Shown piece by piece: positions 62,809 through 64,000 of a DNA stretch of 64,000 nt. The DNA lies in the NCBI RefSeq assembly GCF_052425735.1, contig NC_135758.1, positions 47,678,001-47,742,000 of the forward strand. Reading direction: 5' to 3'. Numbering within the stretch: position 1 is the first letter of the stretch; each line of letters begins with the position of its first letter. The position numbers were made by a program, and so were the translations under genes. The DNA comes from Oculina patagonica. Taxonomy: Eukaryota. The notes beneath the pieces were generated by a model that was not told the DNA's origin, ran no database searches, and saw only the letters and a program-made list of their open reading frames with translations.

Positions 62809-63866
62809 CTAATTAAAAGCTGTTTGTTACAGCATATTTACATTGCCAAGACATATTGGACAAATTGCTATTTACGAATTGTAATTCCAGAGATATTAAA
62901 GACTGTTATTTATTTATGTTTTGGGGTGTTGCGGCTTCTTTTGCACATTGTTCCTTCAATCTCTTTTACCCTTGAGTTAGACTGCAAAATAATTGTATCT
63001 CTTGTGAATGCATGCAGTCTGAAGCGAGAGTGAGGCTTGAGGCTCGCCCGTGAGATCCACACTTCGTGCCTTGCTAGAAGCGATGAAAGAGAGAGAAAAA
63101 AACGATTTTTTGCAGTGTATCCTTAATTGACCCTCCCTCTATTTTGCATAATGAGAACACTGAAGAGACTATTTAAGTGCAATTTTTATTTAGATGGTAG
63201 GATGAAGGGTGATCTTTCCAGTGCCTGTTTGATAAGTCTGATAAAGAGAGGCTAATCTAATTGCTAGCAATGGCAATCTGGTTACCAGGGAGCAAAAACC
63301 TCTCCGGCAATGCACTCCTATCATATTTGTCATAGCTAAAGGAGTCCTAAAGGCTTCGTGCAGAAACACATTCTATCATAACATATTACATCTTCAGCAG
63401 AAACTGGAAAACAAGCAAGAAAGGCTAGGGATGGGTAGGTTGAGGTGTTGTGGGCCCCAACCAAAGGCATGGGAAAATCAACAGCAGGCTACATTGTTGT
63501 TACTTTAATATTTTGGCGGGAACTTCATTTTCGTGATTTGGCCAAAAATACGTTTAAAACACACACACACACAAAAAAAATAAATAACATTAAAAATAAA
63601 TAAATTAAAAATAAATTAAATTAAAATAAATTTTCACAGGTCTTTACTTTCGCGAATCGCGAAAATTAAGTCCCACAAAAATATTAGGTAACAATAAGGT
63701 AATCAATTCCTATCATCTCGTGTAGGAGGCGCCTGTGTACCTTACCTTGTTTTTGAGCGCGCGTTTGGGAAACGCGAAAGGCGCTTTTCGCGTTTTTTAA
63801 ATACGCTTGCAGAACTACACCTGCGCCTGCTACGCACACGTGGCCACCTTTCGCGTTTTCCAAATA

Positions 63867-64000
63867 CCGTATTTATTCGATTAAGCGCCCACCTCGAATA
63901 AGCGCCCACCCTGTAGGTAGGAAAAGTTTATAAGCGCCCAGCCTCGAATAAGCGCCCACCCCAACCCCCCCCCCCCGCCCCCCTTCAAGGATTGAAATTG
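63867..64000. mobile_element. Related MITE left end (truncated by window)
   Basis: TA|CCGTATTTATTCGATTAAGCGCCC with CGAATAAGCGCCCACC repeats. Confidence 0.7.

Overview
AT-rich, intron-containing animal genomic DNA. The SINE, MITE, Penelope and hammerhead repeat repertoire and the gene content suggest a cnidarian, probably a stony coral (inference). Eight genes could be spliced by hand with canonical GT-AG junctions and consistent phases: CSNK2B (+), LSM2 (-), PSMB1 (+), COQ4 (-), DHPS (+), a class A GPCR with an intronless CDS (+), a divergent eh1-bearing T-box gene (-) and DNTTIP2/Fcf2 (+). LSM2/PSMB1 and COQ4/DHPS are head-to-head pairs with under 200 bp between start codons. The most unusual structure is a 3.3-kb DNA-transposon-like element (55108-58438). 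It has perfect 15-bp TIRs and a perfect 9-bp target-site duplication, and it is inserted 74 bp upstream of the DNTTIP2 ATG. It carries two inward-pointing decayed genes: one spliced gene encoding a 2A/StopGo-like GDVNPNPGP motif, and one encoding a vertnin/OTU-like protease motif. A Penelope fragment with tandem hammerhead-ribozyme cores is nested inside it. Other notable signals are a cluster of Hairy/HES-type GGCACGCGAC(ACGAG) motifs in the T-box introns, a family of small YARYCT-ended palindromic insertions with 9-bp TSDs, and gene neighbourhood matching the vertebrate MHC paralogons.
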